Assembly (NCBI GenBank): GCA_021432655.1
Contig: MU271558.1
Coordinates: 1-42,058, forward strand
Length of the DNA stretch: 42,058 nt
Direction of reading: 5' to 3'
From: Atractiella rhizophila
Taxonomy: Eukaryota
A program made the translations under genes and the position numbers. The notes under the pieces were generated by a model. The model had not been told where the DNA came from, searched no databases, and was given only the letters and a program-made list of their open reading frames with translations. Positions 37,892 through 42,058 of this stretch are shown here, piece by piece. The stretch's first letter is position 1; every line of letters starts with the position of its first letter.

Positions 37892-38060
37892 TAGCTATCT
37901 TACATGTTTCAAGAAACGTACGTTACAGTTTATGGCAGTGCCTTTACATATGTATATATACATCGAGATGTAGTGCTGGTGACCTCAGAGTATTCTCTTA
38001 GGTTTACCTCCACTACAGACACTCACCCATCGGCGACCACACCTAGTGTTTGCCCTAACA
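37892..38060 (+). repeat. Diverged direct repeat, copy B
   Basis: Shares TATCTTACATGTTTCA, TGTATATATA, GGTGACCTYAGAGTATTCTCTTAGGTTTAYCTCCACTACAG, ATCGGCGACC and GCCCTAACA with copy A. Confidence 0.85.
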
Positions 38061-38440
38061 TGTTTAAAAGGTGCTGTGATTTTCGGTAAACATCTGCAAA
38101 TCCGAAAAGGAGGAAGTGGATCGCAAACTTGGAGGATTCATCATTTTGAACTTGAAACATTACTTGGAAACAGCTGTGGAATGTTGAATGAAAACTCCTG
38201 CCCCTGCCCCTGCTTATGGATAACGTAGAAGGGCATATGGACCAGCTGACAGGAACTTGAAGTTGTCTGCCCACCAAATCACCCACAACTTGAACTTGCT
38301 TGTCTTGTACCTTGTGCCGTTATATATACTGAAACATTCATGTAGATGTTCATGGTCTCACCGCAGAAAAGGGAATGCTGTCAACTGAATCAGGTGGGTG
38401 ACAAGTGCGGTATCAGACACCGTACCACAGCAAAATTGGC

Positions 38441-38456
38441 CGCGAACGCGACGCGA
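38441..38456. promoter_or_regulatory. Cluster of MCB/SCB-like CGCG cores upstream of PCNA
   Basis: CGCGAACGCGACGCGA lies 80-95 nt upstream of the ATG. PCNA is a classic G1/S MBF target in yeasts. Confidence 0.6.
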
Positions 38457-38535
38457 GGTTGCTCAACTGCTTACCACCAACTCTTCGACCCTCCAACCAA
38501 TTTTACCCATTTCTCATCCTCAAAACCTCTCTACA

Positions 38536-40248
38536 ATGTTTGTAAGTGCCTCGTTTGGTGACGGGACGCGTAGTCCAATGTAATTTGACGCGTTCTGCCT
38601 GTAGGAAGCGAAACTTGAGCAGGCAGACACATTCAAGAAGCTCCTCGATGGTCTGTTGTTACCTGCTCGCTGTTTTTGGCTTATTGACGTGCATGGCAGC
38701 TATCAAAGAACTCGTCACCGACGCGAACTTTGAGTGCTCAGAGGAGGGTATTGTGAGCCTGATCCCTTCTCTATCTAAGAGCGACACGCGTCTCACGCTG
38801 TTCGGCGCAGAAACTACAAGCCATGGACAATTCCCACGTCGCACTTGTCGCTCTTGAACTGAAAACAGAGGCTTTCCACGACTCGTATCGGTGCGATCGT
38901 AACCTTAGCCTAGGCATGAACCTAGCATCTTTGGTCAAGATTGTTAAGTGCGCTGGAACCGATGATCGTATCACCCTCAAGGCGGGAGATGATGCTGACG
39001 TGCTTAACCTGGAGTTTCATAACCCGAGTAAGTCCCATTTTTTGGCTGGAAGGATGGGAAAGCGAGTCTGTGTATCTCATTCGGTTTCGACTGAGATGGC
39101 TTCACCGTGTTTTATCGTTTTATGTGGATTGCTAGTTTACAAGTACCAGGTGTTGTATTGAGCGCAAATTTCAAGACGCGTCATCCTGACACCCATGTTT
39201 TCACTCTTACACAAGAGGATTATTCAGTCTCTTGTTATTTGTTATTGCTTCGTCGCACTTTCAGCTCGTTTCTTTGTAGAAGGACATGCCGCTCATGCTG
39301 ATTGGGTAAACGCATGCAGAGAACGATCGGTGGGGCGAATACGAGCTGAAGCTTATGGATATCGACCAGGAGCACCTTGGTATCCCAGACACAAACTACG
39401 AAGCCGAGGTCGAAATGACCTCGACTGAATTTCGTCGCATAATGGCAGATCTGAAGGATATCGGCGAGTCCGTCAAGATCGAAGTCACCAAAGAAGGAAT
39501 CTCATTCGCAACCGAAGGGGATGTCGGCAAGGCCGCTGTGCATTTGAAACCTACGAGCAAGGTGAAGAAAAACGATAGCGACGATGATGACGAGGACGAG
39601 GACGAGGACGAGGAAAGCGAGGATGAGGATAAAAAGAAGGTCAAGAAGGAGAAGGGAATCAAGAAGGAGAAAGAGAAAAAAAGCCCGAAGAAAGCTAAGG
39701 ATAGCGATGAAGAGGAGGAAGATGTCAAGCCAAATACTCAACAGTCAGATGAGGAGATGGAAGACGTAGAGGAGGTCAAATCGAAGAAGAAAGTTTTGAA
39801 GAAGAGCAAGAAGGATTCTTCGGACGAAGAGGAGGGAGAGGGGAGCGATTCGGACGATGACGCACCGAAGTCGAAGAAGCGAAAGAGAAACTCAGGAGAA
39901 GCAGCCAATGGGAAGTCTAAGAAGGGAAAGGGGAAAGCTTCCAGCGCCAAGTCGAAAAAGGGCAAGAAGATTGACGACGATGGCGACAAGAGCGGTATTC
40001 AGGTCAAGATTCACTTACAGCAAGCTGTCACCTTAAACTTCTCCATCAAATACTTGCTTAACTTTACCAAAAGCACAGCTCTTGCTCCTAACGTTAGGGT
40101 TCGTATTTTATTTACCACGTTCACAAAAAAATATACTAACGAACGAGCGCAGTTGTGCCTGAACTCAGAAGTTCCTCTCATGGTCGAATACAACTTTGGA
40201 CCTGGACAGATTCGTTACTATCTCGCGCCGAAAATCTCTGACGATTAA
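38536..40248 (+). CDS. PCNA: Proliferating cell nuclear antigen with a large acidic/Lys-rich insertion
   Basis: MF|[67 protein letters not shown] and YYLAPKI. Five introns (38542-38604, ~38651-38699, 38753-38810, 39028-39319, 40099-40152). Confidence 0.98.
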
Positions 40249-40602
40249 GCGCACCAAAGATCTTCTGCATTATGTATTTTCTTTCATCCCGTCGTCGCCT
40301 TGGGTTTGGTTTTCTTGCGTTCTTGTCTCATTGCACGGAATTCAAGCCCCTTGTGTTCAATTCCGAATCCAATAAGATCTTCCAATTATTATCAGTGCCT
40401 GTGAACTGCTACCATGCTCGGTGCTTTCCTGGCTGCTGAAAGCATGCCGACGGACAAGGAGGACAATCGGATTTGCAGTGGCGCTGAAATGGCGGAGTCG
40501 ATACCAACAGCGTCAAAATCGCAACCAAATCCACCATCTTTCGCCATCGAACGACTCCTCCTTCACCATCTTTAGAGCTTCAGACGTGCATCAGAAGACA
40601 AC

Positions 40603-41697
40603 ATGACTGACCGTCTCAAGGGAATGTTTGGTAGCAAGAACGCGAAATCAGGAACTCTTTATTGGTGAGTTCTGAAGCCGGGAGAGATTGGGATGTGCAA
40701 CTGATAATGAATTTTGTGATAGGTTTCCCCTCTCGATATGGGCCTCCTTTCCCATGTTGGCTCTCTATGAGAAGGGCTACCTCGACGATGTCACCCTGGA
40801 ATCCATCGATGTCCCCAACGGAGGGAACTTCGCTCCCGATTTGTGCGCCTTTTTCCTACTTATTTAAGACACGGGTTGAGGATTGGCGGATATATCAGCC
40901 TAAAGTTGAATAAGGAAGGAACCGTCCCAGTCTTCGTCGACCACAAGAAGAACCAAGTCATCGTCGGTTCAACTCAGTGTTTCGATTACATCGATACCAC
41001 GTTCAAGTCTTCCCGCTCCTCTCACCCCATCTCGCTCCAAGCGGTCGGTGACAAGAAGGCTTCTCAAGACTTCTTCACCAACTTGATCCACTCTGCTGTC
41101 GATTCCAACTTCCTCCTGCTCTCCGCTCGGACGAGAGAGGAACTCGCACAGAAGAATGCCGGTTTCCCTGGAGACTTCTTGAGAGGAAGGCAGAAGGCTT
41201 TGACCCAGTATGCGGCGGAGGCTAGAGATCCTGAACTGAAGAAGTTCTATGACGCGAAGCTGGAGAGCAACACTGGAGTCCTCGCCCTTTTCGAAGGGAA
41301 GGCCGATCCGGATGGGTTCATTCAAGCGTCCATCGATGCGTGGTATGTTTCTGAATTGCACGGCTGCGGCACTTGTTGACTTGGGAATGAAACTAGGCTC
41401 GGTTTCTACATCTTCCTCCACTCCGTCGCCGACTCTACGGATGCCAACCCCTACCTCCTTGGATCCCAATTCACCTCCGCTGACGTGCATGTCGGAGCCT
41501 ACATCGCTAGGGTTATCCTTATCTCTGGCCATTCCGATATCAACAAGGTCGAGGAGGCGCTGACCAGCTTAGAGGCCCAAATGCCGAAAGAAGGCCCTCT
41601 TCAAGGTGCCATCCCCGAGAAGATTAAGACGCTCTGGCGCAACTACTCAGCTAGGAAGAGTTTCAAGGATTTCTACGGTCAATACGGTCTTCATTAA
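40603..41697 (+). CDS. Glutathione S-transferase-like protein (fungal GST fold)
   Basis: LYWFPLSIWASFPMLALYEKGY...NFAPDFLKLNKEGTVPVF (GST N-domain with cis-Pro) and YLLGSQFTSADVHVGAYIARV (GST C-domain N-cap). Three introns. Confidence 0.8.
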
Positions 41698-42058
41698 ACC
41701 ATTAAACGCCAGCTGTGAAGGTGTTTGTGTGCAGGGATGGTATAGAGTCTCTTTTAGCTTTGGAAGCCTTGTTGTGATCCGATCTTTATTCATCTTATTC
41801 TTGAGATGTTGTGGAGATGAGGATGTGCTTTTTATCGGTGGGAGCTGTTGTTACGTTTGAGATTGAGGCGATGGATCAAAACTCTTCTGCTGATTATGGT
41901 CTGCGTGAATGTTTCCTAAATAACGTAACTGGATTATATCCCTAAATGCAATTTCCATTTTGTGTTCTACCTACCTACAACTTGAAGCTATGAAGGGGCA
42001 CGAACGAGAAAGTAAAAGAAAAAGCCAAAAAAGAGCACGTAAAAGAGAACGCCCCAAC

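Noticed and set aside
35240..38060. Repeat-spacer-like arrangement suggesting a CRISPR array
   Set aside because: Eukaryotic locus, only two or three copies of each repeat, irregular spacing and no cas genes.
39396..39989. Antisense Ser/Phe-rich ORFs over PCNA, and similar shadow ORFs over other genes
   Set aside because: Low-complexity antisense shadows of the real coding strand.

Overview
Left end of a fungal chromosome, most likely a basidiomycete, inferred from the (CCCTAA)n telomere, dense ~50-nt introns, two FunK1 kinases and an enlarged PCNA. The telomere (1-95) is joined directly, and in frame, to the middle of a secreted pepsin-family aspartic protease gene, which looks like a chromosome break healed by de novo telomere addition. 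There is no recognisable subtelomeric repeat block. Inward lie a frameshifted FunK1 kinase, TRAPPC12 head-to-head with a fungal MscL-like channel, a GT15 mannosyltransferase, VPS10, capping protein beta, a SNG1/DUF3533 membrane protein, an orphan protein and a PPIL3 cyclophilin. Further in are a second frameshifted FunK1 kinase facing an intronless F-box protein, a 3.7-kb non-coding region with hairpins, direct repeats and an interstitial telomeric seed, PCNA with a ~140-aa charge-block insertion and intronic MCB boxes, and a GST-like gene. Exon structures were derived by hand from GT/GC-AG signals and remembered protein motifs; no database searches were run.
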